64,000 bases of DNA from Candidatus Melainabacteria bacterium 17Bon1m (GCA_032128875.1 JAVLKG010000003.1:257008-321007), one strand, 5' to 3'; shown: positions 19,520-29,826, counted from the stretch's first letter. The notes: generated by a model from the letters alone, not told the origin. Numbers and translations are program-made.

Positions 19520-20122
19520 CTAGACCTTTGCAGCTAGTTCGGAATCGAGAATCGCCTTTGTCAAGCTGGCAACGCGTTTGCCAATGTTTGCCACAGCGGC
19601 TTGGCTCTTTTCGTCCTTTAGTTTGCCATCTTCAGTAAATGCTTCATTTGCCTTGGATATGGCTTGTTGTTCGGGAATGACGATCACGGCGATGTTTCCG
19701 AGAATTGAGCGTAAAGTGACAAGTCCTCTCAGTCCACCAAGCGCGCCGGGTGAGCATGCCATGATGCCTGCGACTTTGCCTGCAAACGCTTCAAGGCTCT
19801 TCTCGCCTTGTTCGGGGCGCGAAGTCCAGTCGATGAAGTTTTTCAGGGCGGCGCTAACCGAGCTGTTGTACTCGGGAGAAGCTATCAGCAAGCCCTGATG
19901 TTCTTTCATGATTTTCTTGAGCTTCTTGCCATTCTCTGGTATGCCGCTCTCCGCCTCAATGTCGCCGTCATATATCGGCATCGGGTAGTCTTTCAAATCG
20001 ATGAACGTGCAGTCTGCCCCGGCTTCCTGCGCTGCTGCCATCGCGACTTTGACCAACTTTTTGTTGAACGAGTCTTTTCTTAAACTGCCTGCTAGACAAA
20101 GGATTTTCGGGCGGCTGGACAT
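19520..20122 (-). CDS. NADPH-dependent FMN reductase (flavodoxin-like)
   Basis: LAGSLRKDSFN, ASPEYNSS, LKNFIDW, SPGALGG; ATG 20122 after GGGAGA. Confidence 0.93.
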   Translation of the reverse strand: MSSRPKILCLAGSLRKDSFNKKLVKVAMAAAQEAGADCTFIDLKDYPMPIYDGDIEAESGIPENGKKLKKIMKEHQGLLIASPEYNSSVSAALKNFIDWTSRPEQGEKSLEAFAGKVAGIMACSPGALGGLRGLVTLRSILGNIAVIVIPEQQAISKANEAFTEDGKLKDEKSQAAVANIGKRVASLTKAILDSELAAKV

Positions 20123-20241
20123 GACTTCTCCCTTCTGTTTGATGCGGTTGAGTATTATCACACGGCATGAATTTTTCTGGGATACCTCAAGTAGTCTAGA
20201 ATTGCAGTAGTGCCGGAAGTTCAAGCGCAGGATGTGGCGTT

Positions 20242-21210
20242 TTGGCGAAATTGGAAGGACTGTCTTTTTTAAAACCGCACCTCGCCGCTGCGATCCTTTC
20301 TCTTTGCGTTTTGTCTGCCACCACACTTCCGCTGTTTGCAGGTGATGGTGTCTCTACCTCTCAGTTTGTCAATGATCCCGAGCTGCACCCCATTCGTATG
20401 ATCATGCGTGACAAAAACTACAGTGCCGCCAGGCCGCTGCTGGACGCGTTTCTCAAAAAGAAGCCGAATTCACCGCTCGCTCTTGTTTATCGCTCTCGTT
20501 GTTACGTTGATGAAAACAAACCTAAGGAAGCGCTCGATTGTTTGCGCCGCGCTGCAGCTATCACACCAGCTAATTCCGAAATCTATGCCGATGAAGCAAA
20601 CATCTATGCGGCGCAAAAGCAGTATCAAAAGGCGATTGAGTTAGCCACCATCTCGTTAAAGTACGGAAGCGGAATTAGTCAGAAGCATATGTTTCACTTG
20701 CGTTCGATGATGTATAGCAATCTTGGGCAATACAAGAAAGCGATTGAGGATATGAATTCTTATCTCCGGATCGATCCGATGAAGCATCGGGGCTATAGCT
20801 GGAGAGCTACTGCCTATGAGCAAGACGGGCAGCTTGATAAAGCGCTGGCAGATTATCGAATCGCAATTCAGAAGAGCAACGACTATGAGTATCGGTTTCA
20901 CAGTGCTCGTGTTTTGCAAAAACAAGGAAAGTTGAACGAAGCCGTTGCGGAAATGACTTCGATCATCAAGTTGAATCCCGAAGAGGATGAAGCTTGGAAT
21001 AAGCGCGGTACGCTCTATTACGCGATGGGTAAGTACAAAGAAGCCGTTAAGGATTTCACCGAAGCACTGGCAACTAATTTTGGTTCGAGCGAAACGCTTT
21101 ATCGCGCACGCGGGAGAGCATATGAAAAACTCGGACAAAGAGAACTGGCTCAGAAGGATTTCAAAAAAGCTGAAGAGCTGCAGAAGAAGCCTATAGTCGA
21201 GCCTATTTGA
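20242..21210 (+). CDS. Secreted TPR protein
   Basis: Signal-like N-terminus; multiple TPRs (AWNKRGTLYYAMGKYKEAVKDFTEAL). Confidence 0.88.
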   Translation: MAKLEGLSFLKPHLAAAILSLCVLSATTLPLFAGDGVSTSQFVNDPELHPIRMIMRDKNYSAARPLLDAFLKKKPNSPLALVYRSRCYVDENKPKEALDCLRRAAAITPANSEIYADEANIYAAQKQYQKAIELATISLKYGSGISQKHMFHLRSMMYSNLGQYKKAIEDMNSYLRIDPMKHRGYSWRATAYEQDGQLDKALADYRIAIQKSNDYEYRFHSARVLQKQGKLNEAVAEMTSIIKLNPEEDEAWNKRGTLYYAMGKYKEAVKDFTEALATNFGSSETLYRARGRAYEKLGQRELAQKDFKKAEELQKKPIVEPI

Positions 21211-21309
21211 TTCCGCATGAATTCATAATCCATGTGACACCATTCGTTTCTGACACTGCTGGTAATACTATGTTTTGTGTTCGTGTCGCAAAGTTATGAC
21301 TTGGACTAT

Positions 21310-22341
21310 CTATTTTGCTTGAAGCGTGCTGACTCCATCTAGCTTCTCTTCCGGCTTCGCATCAGCGTTGCCGCGTACATACTTGTTGAGGAACTCAACA
21401 GAATAGTGGCAAACCAATTCTCTTCGTTTGCGGCTGATGTTCAGATCCGTCCATGCAAAGTGTGATGCATCTTCGAACTCGACATACACCGAGGGTGATG
21501 AAGTTTGACTGAACGCACCATTTCTGCCTTTGACAAACATATTGATGAAAGTATCTCGTGTTCCACACTGGTACATTACAGGCACATTGAGTCCGCTCAA
21601 TCTGTCTCGTGTTAAGTACGGATTGGTGTACGGAGCAAGCGCAAGAACAGCTTTGACACCCGGCAGTTTCCAGCTCGGCCAGGCACCTGCAAGTCCCAGC
21701 ACGGTGTATCCACCAAGTGAATGACCTACCAGTGCGAGTTTCGACCAGTCGATTTTTGCATTCCAATTGGCGTCGTTGTGTAAGGCAAAAATCAATTGCT
21801 GGATGTCGTGTTCTCTATCCTTGTATGTCGTTTCGCTCCAGTCGTTTGGGCGATTGAATTGAATTTGCTTTCTTGTACGCCCGTTAAAAAGTGCATCTCT
21901 GTGGTTTGGAGCAATGACCAAATAGCCTTCTTGGGCGAGTGCTTTCATCAAGAACGCGCTGCCGGAATTTAGTCCGTGATACCCGTGAGAAAAGATCACC
22001 ACAGGTGATGGAGTTGACGAACCAGTTATGCGCGTCGGATCCCAAACAACAACGTTGATGCCGCCGATGACCATTTTTTGCCCGCTACCCCGTTGGCGGT
22101 CACCAAGCCGTACACGTCCAAGCCCCTCTTGTCCAAGCCCCTCTCGTCTAAGCCTCTCTCGTCCAAATCGCTCTCGGCCCGGCCTCTCTGGGCTTGGTCC
22201 TTCTTCACCAAGTTTTTCGCGCTCGTCCAGTATCAGTGGGTTGGGAGCCTGTGGAGATGGGGAGTAATTGGCTGCATAAGACGGCGCCGAAAGTATGGCG
22301 CACGCATTCCATATAAGAAGTAGGCGAAAAGCTGTCGACAT
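21310..22341 (-). CDS. Secreted alpha/beta hydrolase (dienelactone hydrolase/PAF-AH-like)
   Basis: VIFSHG, APNHRD, GHSLGG, GTRD, ASHFAWTD; signal peptide and pentapeptide repeat linker. Confidence 0.88.
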   Translation of the reverse strand: MSTAFRLLLIWNACAILSAPSYAANYSPSPQAPNPLILDEREKLGEEGPSPERPGRERFGRERLRREGLGQEGLGRVRLGDRQRGSGQKMVIGGINVVVWDPTRITGSSTPSPVVIFSHGYHGLNSGSAFLMKALAQEGYLVIAPNHRDALFNGRTRKQIQFNRPNDWSETTYKDREHDIQQLIFALHNDANWNAKIDWSKLALVGHSLGGYTVLGLAGAWPSWKLPGVKAVLALAPYTNPYLTRDRLSGLNVPVMYQCGTRDTFINMFVKGRNGAFSQTSSPSVYVEFEDASHFAWTDLNISRKRRELVCHYSVEFLNKYVRGNADAKPEEKLDGVSTLQAK

Positions 22342-22501
22342 GTTTTGGGGTTTCTGTTTGTGTGTTGTGTTAGGGGCGTTATGCGAGGACAGAATTTGTT
22401 GGCGAAATCAATTTACCTATTGGCTCAATCTATTGGACACCAACCCCTGTAAAAAAGTTGTGCACATCGCGAACTTTTCTCCAGTTTGCAAATGGGTTCT
22501 A

Positions 22502-22546
22502 TTGACTCCCTCCATTAATGAGTGTATACTCACTCATTAATGGAGG
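22502..22546 (+). promoter_or_regulatory. Sigma70 promoter with perfect 16-bp inverted repeat (likely TetR operator)
   Basis: TTGACT (22502-07), 17 bp, TATACT (22525-30); arms CCTCCATTAATGAGTG and CACTCATTAATGGAGG flank the -10, and the right arm includes the SD. Confidence 0.85.
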
Positions 22547-22550
22547 TTGA

Positions 22551-23120
22551 ATGGCTCGACCGAAGAGCGAAGAAAAGCGGAATACCCTTTTGTCGGTCGC
22601 CACGCAAGTATTTGCCAAAAACGGACTAACAGCATCTACCGCCTCGATAACGAGCGCGGCTGGTATGGCTGAGGGTACGCTTTTCATTTACTTCAAAGGC
22701 AAAGACGAATTGATAAACGCCTTGTACGCCGAGATCAAATCAGATCTCGCGGACTCGATGCTCGTCGGTATCCCAAAAACTGGATCCGTGAAGGACAAGA
22801 TGCATCACGTATGGAACAACTACGTTGATTGGGGCGCGAAAAACCCCGAACGCATGACTGTAATGCACAAGATCAAAGTGTGGGAAGGCTTGAAGCCGGA
22901 AGTGCGAGATGAGCTGATGATGCGCTTTTCTGAACTTCACGAACTGATTGAACTCGCCATAAAAGAAAGTGCAAAGGAAACACCCTACGATTTTCTGATG
23001 GCAGTTTTTTCCGCTCAAGCCGAGACGACCATGCAATTCGTAAAGCAAGACCCCGCGCAGTCGGAGCTGTACAAGAGTCGGGGATTCGAAATGTTTTGGA
23101 ACGGCGTCACCACAAAGTGA
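22551..23120 (+). CDS. TetR/AcrR family regulator
   Basis: MARPKSEEKR..LLSVATQVFAKNG..ASTASITSAAGMAEGTLFIYFKGKDELI. Confidence 0.95.
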   Translation: MARPKSEEKRNTLLSVATQVFAKNGLTASTASITSAAGMAEGTLFIYFKGKDELINALYAEIKSDLADSMLVGIPKTGSVKDKMHHVWNNYVDWGAKNPERMTVMHKIKVWEGLKPEVRDELMMRFSELHELIELAIKESAKETPYDFLMAVFSAQAETTMQFVKQDPAQSELYKSRGFEMFWNGVTTK

Positions 23121-23299
23121 ACGCGTAGTGTAACCCCAAATAAGTATGTGCGTTTGATTCGGATTTTGGAAACATAATCCGCAAGTTAGGCGCGTAATAA
23201 AAACTGCATACACGCAGTGAGCAACTGCAAACAGCATGAATTAAACAACTTCTACAAACTGCAAGAGAACAGCAAAAGACAGAACAAAGGAGTTCGACA

Positions 23300-24373
23300 A
23301 TGAAATACAAAACCCTCGGCGACACCGGGTTGCTGGTGTCTACGCTTTGCTTTGGCGCGATGACTTTCCATGGTGGACAAGGTCTATTCAAATTCATGGG
23401 CGGCACCCAGCAAGACGAAGCCGACCAATTAATTAAGAAGTGCGTCGAAAAAGGAATCAATTTCTTCGACACCGCCGACGTCTACTCGGAAGGCGGCAGC
23501 GAAGAGATGCTTGGGCAGTCGTTCCGCAATCTCGGCATTCAGCGCAAAGATGTGGTGATTGCCACCAAGTGCTACGGCAGAATGGGACCAGGTCACAACG
23601 ATATCGGCGCATCGCGCAAGCACATTATTGAAGCTGTTGATGCCAGCCTCCGCCGATTGCAAACCGACTACATCGACCTTTATCAAATCCATGGCACCGA
23701 TAGTGTTACGCCGCTTGAGGAAACTCTGCGTGCACTCGACACCTTAGTGCAGCAAGGAAAAGTCAGATATGTCGGTTGCTCGAACTGGGCAGCGTGGAAA
23801 CTTCAGCGTGCTCTGGATGTTTCGGAATTCAAAAACTTGGCTCGCCTCGACACCCTGCAAGCTTATTACTCAATTGCCGGTCGCGACCTCGAAAGAGAAC
23901 TCGTGCCGTTGATGGAGAATTCGAAGACAGGCTTGCTCGTTTGGAGTCCGCTGGCTGGTGGTTTGCTCTCTGGAAAGTTTGATCGTGATAATCAGAAGCC
24001 GGCAAACAGCCGTCGATCTGAGTTTGATTTCCCGATCGTCGATAAAGAGCGCGTCTGGAACATTCTTGATGTGATAAGACCAATCGCCAAGGAGCACGAT
24101 ACAACTGTCGCAAGAATTGCGCTTGCGTGGTTGCTTGCGAAACCAGTCGTGACATCAGTCATCATCGGTGCGAAGAATATGAAGCAGCTCGAAGATAATA
24201 TCGGCGCTGTCGATATTGAATTGACTGACTATCAGCTCGGAGCGCTAGATGAAGTAAGCGAATTGCCGCCGGAGTACCCGGGTTGGATGATTCCTTTCCA
24301 ATCGGCAGACCGCTTGGACCCTACTTACGACAGATGGGCTGCTGTGAAAGAACAGCTGGCAACTGCGAAGTAA
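23300..24373 (+). CDS. Aldo/keto reductase
   Basis: LGDTGLLVS, GINFFDTADVYS, SLRRLQTDYIDLYQIH, WSPLAGGLLSGK. Confidence 0.95.
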   Translation: MKYKTLGDTGLLVSTLCFGAMTFHGGQGLFKFMGGTQQDEADQLIKKCVEKGINFFDTADVYSEGGSEEMLGQSFRNLGIQRKDVVIATKCYGRMGPGHNDIGASRKHIIEAVDASLRRLQTDYIDLYQIHGTDSVTPLEETLRALDTLVQQGKVRYVGCSNWAAWKLQRALDVSEFKNLARLDTLQAYYSIAGRDLERELVPLMENSKTGLLVWSPLAGGLLSGKFDRDNQKPANSRRSEFDFPIVDKERVWNILDVIRPIAKEHDTTVARIALAWLLAKPVVTSVIIGAKNMKQLEDNIGAVDIELTDYQLGALDEVSELPPEYPGWMIPFQSADRLDPTYDRWAAVKEQLATAK

Positions 24374-24379
24374 GATAAT

Positions 24380-24449
24380 CGTGGGGGCGCGTTGCACGCG
24401 CCCTCATTTTTATATTCGCCTCGGTGGGACGCATACAATGCGCCCCTTC
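24380..24449. repeat. Inverted pair of REP-like hairpins between convergent genes
   Basis: CGTGGGGGCGCGTTGCACGCGCCC ... GGGACGCATACAATGCGCCCCTTC. Confidence 0.5.
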
Positions 24450-24491
24450 TGTCGCCCGGCGTCTGCGAGCCGCCGACTTACCGTCTGTCTT

Positions 24492-24977
24492 CTAGACCTT
24501 TTCTAATTCAAAGGCATCGTGAATGAGTTTCGCGGCTTTGTCGGCTTGACCGCGTGATACGACGCATGTGATTTTCATTTCGCTGGACGAGATCATTTTG
24601 ATGTTGATTTTCGCAGCGCCCAATGTTTCAAACAGTCTTGCTGCGACATCCGGCTGACCTGCCATTCCTGCGCCAACGAGGCTGACCTTGGCTATATCTT
24701 CGTCGGCATGAACAGCCTTCGCGCCCATCTCCGTTTTCAATTCTTCCAGCGTCTTGATTGTCTGCGGAAGGTCGGTTGATGCAACAGTGAATGTAATGTT
24801 GTTCAATCCAGCGGTCGGGTGGAAAGCCTGCATGATCATATCGACGACAATGGCTTTCTTTGCTAAGCCGCCTACGACCCGGGCTGCGATGCCTGGTTGG
24901 TCCGGCACATCCATGATGGTGACGCAAGCTTGATCTTTATCCGTAGCCACTCCGCTAATGCTGCGGTAGATTTCCAT
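24492..24977 (-). CDS. Putative in-frame aspartokinase beta subunit (161 aa)
   Basis: Internal GGAGGAGAGGAC-ATG at Met264, just before the ACT domains. Confidence 0.65.
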   Translation of the reverse strand: MEIYRSISGVATDKDQACVTIMDVPDQPGIAARVVGGLAKKAIVVDMIMQAFHPTAGLNNITFTVASTDLPQTIKTLEELKTEMGAKAVHADEDIAKVSLVGAGMAGQPDVAARLFETLGAAKINIKMISSSEMKITCVVSRGQADKAAKLIHDAFELEKV

Positions 24978-25766
24978 GTCCTCTCCTCCGTCAATGCTTG
25001 TGCCTTCGTGGTCCGGTTTGAAAGTGTTGCGTACTCTCAAGATGACGCCATACTGCCGTGCGAGTTCAACCGCGCGCGGGTGAATTACTTGCGCGCCGAG
25101 TCTTGCCATCTCAACTACTTCGCCATATGAAATTCGATCGAGCAATCGAGCTTTCGGAATTTTGTTGGGGTCGGATGTATAAATGCCATCGACGTCTGTA
25201 TAGATGTCGCAGTACTTAGCTCCGGCTGCCGCTGCGAGTGCAACCGCTGTTGTGTCGGAGCCTCCACGACCCAGGGTTGTAATGTCACCATTGGCGGTGA
25301 CACCCTGGAATCCGGCTACGACTAATGCGTCACAAGTTTCGAATGCTTTTGCAAGGCTGTCGGTTTTGATATCGATAATTCGTGCTTTGTTATGTACGCT
25401 TTCTGTAAAGATGCCGAGCTGGTAAGCAGTTACGGAGCGTGCTGAAACATCCAAAGTCTTCAGCATCATCGACAGCAGTGTGATAGATATGTGTTCGCCG
25501 GTCGAAAGCAGCGAATCCAATTCGCGCTGATCGGGAGTCTTTGCACATTGGTGAGCCAGTTTCAAAAGGTAGTCGGTAGTGTCGCCCATCGCCGATACAA
25601 CTACCAGTACTTTGCCCAGTTTTAGCCGTTCTTTGACGATTTCGGCGACGTGTTGAATACGGGCAATATTCTTGACTGAAGTTCCGCCAAATTTGAGAAC
25701 AGAGATTGCGTTCAATTTTTTTTCCGGTGTTTTTTCTTGCTTTGCTTCTGTGCTTGATTGGCTCAT
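24492..25766 (-). CDS. lysC: Aspartate kinase (alpha subunit; two ACT domains)
   Basis: KFGGTSV, VVSAMGDTTD, AGFQG, TLGRGGSDTTA, TDVDG..DP; ACT domains DQPGIA and GAGM. Confidence 0.96.
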   Translation of the reverse strand: MSQSSTEAKQEKTPEKKLNAISVLKFGGTSVKNIARIQHVAEIVKERLKLGKVLVVVSAMGDTTDYLLKLAHQCAKTPDQRELDSLLSTGEHISITLLSMMLKTLDVSARSVTAYQLGIFTESVHNKARIIDIKTDSLAKAFETCDALVVAGFQGVTANGDITTLGRGGSDTTAVALAAAAGAKYCDIYTDVDGIYTSDPNKIPKARLLDRISYGEVVEMARLGAQVIHPRAVELARQYGVILRVRNTFKPDHEGTSIDGGEDMEIYRSISGVATDKDQACVTIMDVPDQPGIAARVVGGLAKKAIVVDMIMQAFHPTAGLNNITFTVASTDLPQTIKTLEELKTEMGAKAVHADEDIAKVSLVGAGMAGQPDVAARLFETLGAAKINIKMISSSEMKITCVVSRGQADKAAKLIHDAFELEKV

Positions 25767-25812
25767 GGTTCAATACTTGAAGTGGTAAGTGTATTTCAGT
25801 TAGATGGTCTTA

Positions 25813-26775
25813 CTAGTTGAACGATTCAAAATCCGCTCTCAAACCTTTGGTGTCTACATCCAGGTTGAGAACTTTATAGCCCTGGCCCTGGCGTTCGCAC
25901 CAATCATTCAGCTCGTTAATCATGTCGCGCTGATCGCGTTGATTGACCATGACCAAAACTGATGATCCGGCGCCGCTCAAGACGCAGCCAAGCCCGTGAA
26001 AACCACGGACAAGTGCCTTTAATTTGTTGAGTTCGGGGATGAGAGATGCGCGATACGGTTCGTGCAAATTGTCGATAAGTGATTCGCGTAACGCGTCATC
26101 GTCTTTGGAAGTGACTGCTGCGACGAAGAGAGCAGCCCGTTGTACGTTGGCGGTCGCGTCTTTGAGCGGAACTTTCTTGGGCAGCACGGCGCGAGCCTTT
26201 TCGGTGGATAGCTTGTAGGGCGGAACCACTACAATTGTTTTCCATTTGTCGGGCCACTGTAGTTGTTTTACGACTGCTCTGCTCCCATGAATTGATGGTG
26301 CACAGACCACCAATCCACCAAGCAAGCTGGCAGCTACGTTGTCTGGATGCCCTTCAATTTCCGCAGCGGCAGAGAGAACACGCATTCGCTCGGGAGCCCG
26401 CCCTTTCAATATTTCGGCAGCCCACAGTGCGCTCAACACGGCAGTTGAAGAACTTCCGAGTCCTCGCGCGAGTGGGATGTCTGTTTCAATTGTTATGTTT
26501 AAGCCGTTGAGTTCGTCTTCGTTTTTCCCCAGCGCATGGAGCAAAACGCTCAGCAAGAGGTTGTTCTTCTTGTCGGAAAGGTCTCCTGCACACGATCCTT
26601 TTGCATCAATTTTGAGTTTGTCGCCTTCCGTGAAAAAGTAAGTGAATCGGCTGTACACATTGAGTGCCAGTCCTATGGCATCGAAGCCTGGTCCGAGGTT
26701 TGTTGTGCTTCCCGGGACGCTGATGACCAGGCGTCTTCCAATGAGCGTATTGGCGAACTCGGGGATGCTTTGCAT
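25813..26775 (-). CDS. thrB: Homoserine kinase
   Basis: VPGSTTNLGPGFD, IPLARGLGSSS, EGHPDNV, LSGAGSS. Confidence 0.96.
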   Translation of the reverse strand: MQSIPEFANTLIGRRLVISVPGSTTNLGPGFDAIGLALNVYSRFTYFFTEGDKLKIDAKGSCAGDLSDKKNNLLLSVLLHALGKNEDELNGLNITIETDIPLARGLGSSSTAVLSALWAAEILKGRAPERMRVLSAAAEIEGHPDNVAASLLGGLVVCAPSIHGSRAVVKQLQWPDKWKTIVVVPPYKLSTEKARAVLPKKVPLKDATANVQRAALFVAAVTSKDDDALRESLIDNLHEPYRASLIPELNKLKALVRGFHGLGCVLSGAGSSVLVMVNQRDQRDMINELNDWCERQGQGYKVLNLDVDTKGLRADFESFN

Positions 26776-27852
26776 TTAGATTCCCATCACTTTGCGAAGA
26801 GCATCAAGATTTGCTTCGACTGGACTCAAATCGACTTTGTTTACTTTTTGCGGCGTCTCCGGGTCTTTCAAACCGTTGCCGGTAAGTACGCAGACGGCGC
26901 TTGAGTCTTCCTTGATGAGCCCTGATTTGAGATGCTTGATCAAACCAGCGACACTCGCCGCGCTTGAAGGCTCGCAGAAAATTCCTTCGCTCGTGCCGAG
27001 AAGTTTGTACGCGTCCAAAATCTCCTCATCCGTAACTGAGTCAATTTTGCCACCTGAGTCGACAGCCGCAGCTTCAGCCTCTTTCCAGCTGGCTGGGTTG
27101 CCGATGCGAATTGCTGTTGCGATTGTTTCTGGATTTTCAATCGGCTTTCCTTGCACGATCGCCGCAGAGCCTTCCGCTTCAAACCCGTGCATTTTTGGCG
27201 CTGAGGTTACTCGTCCAATTTCGTGGAAGAGTTTGAACCCTCGTCTGTAAGCGCTGATATTGCCTGCGTTTCCGACAGGGATACACAGATAGTCGGGTGC
27301 TTCGCCAAGTGCTTCGATAACTTCGAATGCTGCCGTCTTTTGCCCTTCCAGTCTATAGGGGTTGATCGAATTGACAATCGTGACTGCGCATTTGTCTCCG
27401 ATTTCTTTCACGAGTTCGAGCGCGCGATCGAAATTGCCTTTGATTTGTACCAACTTGGCGCCGTAATGGATGGCCTGCGCGACCTTTCCGAGCGCGACAT
27501 GTCCGTGCGGCAAGAGGACAAAACAATCCAAACCTGCTTTTGTTGCGAAGGCTGCAGCAGATGCGCTGGTATTACCGGTGGAGGCGCAAATAACTGCGCT
27601 CGCATTTTCTTCGACAGCTTTCGAAATCGCTAGAGTCATTCCTCTGTCTTTAAAGCTGCCAGTCGGATTTAGCCCTTCGAGCTTGAAATAGAGTTTTAAA
27701 TTCGGAAAGCCGAGCTTCTTCGTAAGCGTTGCGGCTTCGACCAGCGGCGTGTTTCCTTCACCGAGCGAGACGATAGGTGTTTCCAACGTCACTGGAAGAA
27801 ATTCAGCATACTTGCTGATCAATGACAAAACTTGTGGCGCTGTTTTATGCAC
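26776..27852 (-). CDS. thrC: Threonine synthase
   Basis: [57 protein letters not shown] 27852 with AGGAG SD. Confidence 0.96.
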   Translation of the reverse strand: MHKTAPQVLSLISKYAEFLPVTLETPIVSLGEGNTPLVEAATLTKKLGFPNLKLYFKLEGLNPTGSFKDRGMTLAISKAVEENASAVICASTGNTSASAAAFATKAGLDCFVLLPHGHVALGKVAQAIHYGAKLVQIKGNFDRALELVKEIGDKCAVTIVNSINPYRLEGQKTAAFEVIEALGEAPDYLCIPVGNAGNISAYRRGFKLFHEIGRVTSAPKMHGFEAEGSAAIVQGKPIENPETIATAIRIGNPASWKEAEAAAVDSGGKIDSVTDEEILDAYKLLGTSEGIFCEPSSAASVAGLIKHLKSGLIKEDSSAVCVLTGNGLKDPETPQKVNKVDLSPVEANLDALRKVMGI

Positions 27853-27853
27853 G

Positions 27854-29137
27854 TTATGCACTCCTGAAAATTCTGATTGCATTGCCGAGCGAACTGAGGA
27901 AATCACAGTTCTTGAGTTCTTCAAGTGCGGCGTCCATATCTTTGCCGAGCACATCATGCGTCAATATGACTACGGTTGCTTCTTTTCCTTCGACGCCACG
28001 CTGAATGATTGTGGAGATGCTGATGTTGTGCGTGCCGAAGATATTGCCGATTTTTCCGATTACACCAGGTGTATCTTTGACGACGAGGCGCAAATAGAAA
28101 GGGCACTTCCATGCCAGAGGTGGTGCTGCGGAGGCGGGCGAAGCGTCAATAGCTGGTTGGAAATAACTTGCGAAATCAGGTAGTTTCAATGCTCCGGCAA
28201 GATTCATCAAATCACCAACCACAGCAGAGGCGGTCGGCAGTTTTCCCGCACCAGGACCGATCAGAGTCAGTTGTCCGACGGCATGACCGCGCACGAGAAT
28301 TCCATTATTGGGGCCGGAAACAGAAGCGAGCGGATGTTCGAGTGGAACCAGAGTTGGATGTACTCTTACATCGAAGCCTGTGTTGTTCGAGCTGCCATTG
28401 CTGCTGCCCTTCGCCGCGGTGCCTAAAAGTTTTATCCTGTATCCGAATTCTTTGGCGAGCGCCATGTCTTCTTCTGTGATACTTCTGATGCCTTCTTTGT
28501 AGATGGTGTCCGGCTTGACGAAATGACCAAAGCCGAGCGCCGCCAGTACTGAAAGCTTGTATGCGACATCAAATCCATCTACATCTGCTGTCGGATCTGC
28601 TTCGGCAAAGCCTAGATCTTGAGCCTCTTTCAATGCAGCTTCATAGCTGTTGCCCGCTTCCATGTTTGAGAGGATGAAGTTGGTTGTACCGTTTAGAATG
28701 CCGGTGACGGATTCAATTTCGTTGGCTTCCAATCCTTTGTGAATCGTCGATAAAAGCGGCACCCCGCCTGCGACTGAAGCCTCGAAGAATATCGCGACAC
28801 CGTGCTCCTTCGCCAATGCGAACAGCCTCGGTCCATGTTTTGCGAGCACTTCTTTGTTGGCTGTGACGATGTGCTTGCGCTTCTTTATCGCTTGTTCCAA
28901 GTAAGAAACAGTCGGGTTTTCGCCGCCCATTACTTCGACAAGAACTTCGATTTCTGGATCGTTGATAATCTCATCGACGTCTGTCGTTAGCGGACAGCTC
29001 GGCATTGCAGATCGATCCTTGTCGAGACTCTTAACTGCGACTTTCTTGAGAGTCAGGTGGCGATGTTTGCTAAGGAGTTCGACAACTCCCGTGCCTACGG
29101 TACCAAGCCCCAACATTCCCAGCACAACTCGTGCCAT
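27854..29137 (-). CDS. hom: Homoserine dehydrogenase with C-terminal ACT domain
   Basis: [45 protein letters not shown] 29137 after AAGGAG. Confidence 0.96.
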   Translation of the reverse strand: MARVVLGMLGLGTVGTGVVELLSKHRHLTLKKVAVKSLDKDRSAMPSCPLTTDVDEIINDPEIEVLVEVMGGENPTVSYLEQAIKKRKHIVTANKEVLAKHGPRLFALAKEHGVAIFFEASVAGGVPLLSTIHKGLEANEIESVTGILNGTTNFILSNMEAGNSYEAALKEAQDLGFAEADPTADVDGFDVAYKLSVLAALGFGHFVKPDTIYKEGIRSITEEDMALAKEFGYRIKLLGTAAKGSSNGSSNNTGFDVRVHPTLVPLEHPLASVSGPNNGILVRGHAVGQLTLIGPGAGKLPTASAVVGDLMNLAGALKLPDFASYFQPAIDASPASAAPPLAWKCPFYLRLVVKDTPGVIGKIGNIFGTHNISISTIIQRGVEGKEATVVILTHDVLGKDMDAALEELKNCDFLSSLGNAIRIFRSA

Positions 29138-29329
29138 ATTTCTCCTTGTGCGCAATGCGCAATTGTCCGAACGCTGCGACGCGCGCGTGCAAGTTTCGCG
29201 CTTCGCATCCATGACCTTTCGTGCCGCCACAGGCAGCTCTTTCGGCCGGAAGCAAATTATCCCTTAGACAGCCGTCCTATTGGGCATTTGCGAACTCGCC
29301 TGTAACGCCCGGTTACACTTGACTTGGCT

Positions 29330-29551
29330 TTAATTGAAATAAACGCCAACTGCGCCAGTGACGCGCCTGACCAGCCGGACGGTGTCGAATTCGATCTCCT
29401 GTCCGTACTCGAGCTCTTCCGCGCCTTTCTTTTTCAAAAGGTCGATGACCATTTTGCGCTCCTCCTCGCTGAGGGTGATGCGCTTGTGATGATTGTCGGC
29501 TGCGAGCTTGAGAAGCTCCTCGGTCTTTAGGTCCGCGCTGATGTCGGCCAT
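29330..29551 (-). CDS. Small hypothetical protein (73 aa)
   Basis: GAGG SD, ATG start, protein-like composition. Confidence 0.65.
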   Translation of the reverse strand: MADISADLKTEELLKLAADNHHKRITLSEEERKMVIDLLKKKGAEELEYGQEIEFDTVRLVRRVTGAVGVYFN

Positions 29552-29826
29552 CTTTCCTCTTGAAGGCGATTTCTATCTGTTGGGACCCCGTTTGCCCTAT
29601 TTTACATCAGTGCGCAGAGCTGTTCGAGAGGTGTTTGCGCTACCCCATAAATCGCTTTGGAGAGGGCGGATTGGAAGGAAGCGCGGGCTGTCTGAGTGGT
29701 GTTTTAAGGCGAGCGCCAGTGTGACAGTAGAAGTGGATTGCCTGAGCAACGGACAGGCGGACGACGCCCGTCTTACATACTTTGCCGGATTATGATCTCA
29801 GAATGCAGACTTTAAAATAAGCTGTT

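Noticed and set aside
29660..29790. tRNA-like sequence (GCGGGCTGTCTGAGTGG...)
   Set aside because: No T-arm GTTCRA and no acceptor-stem pairing.
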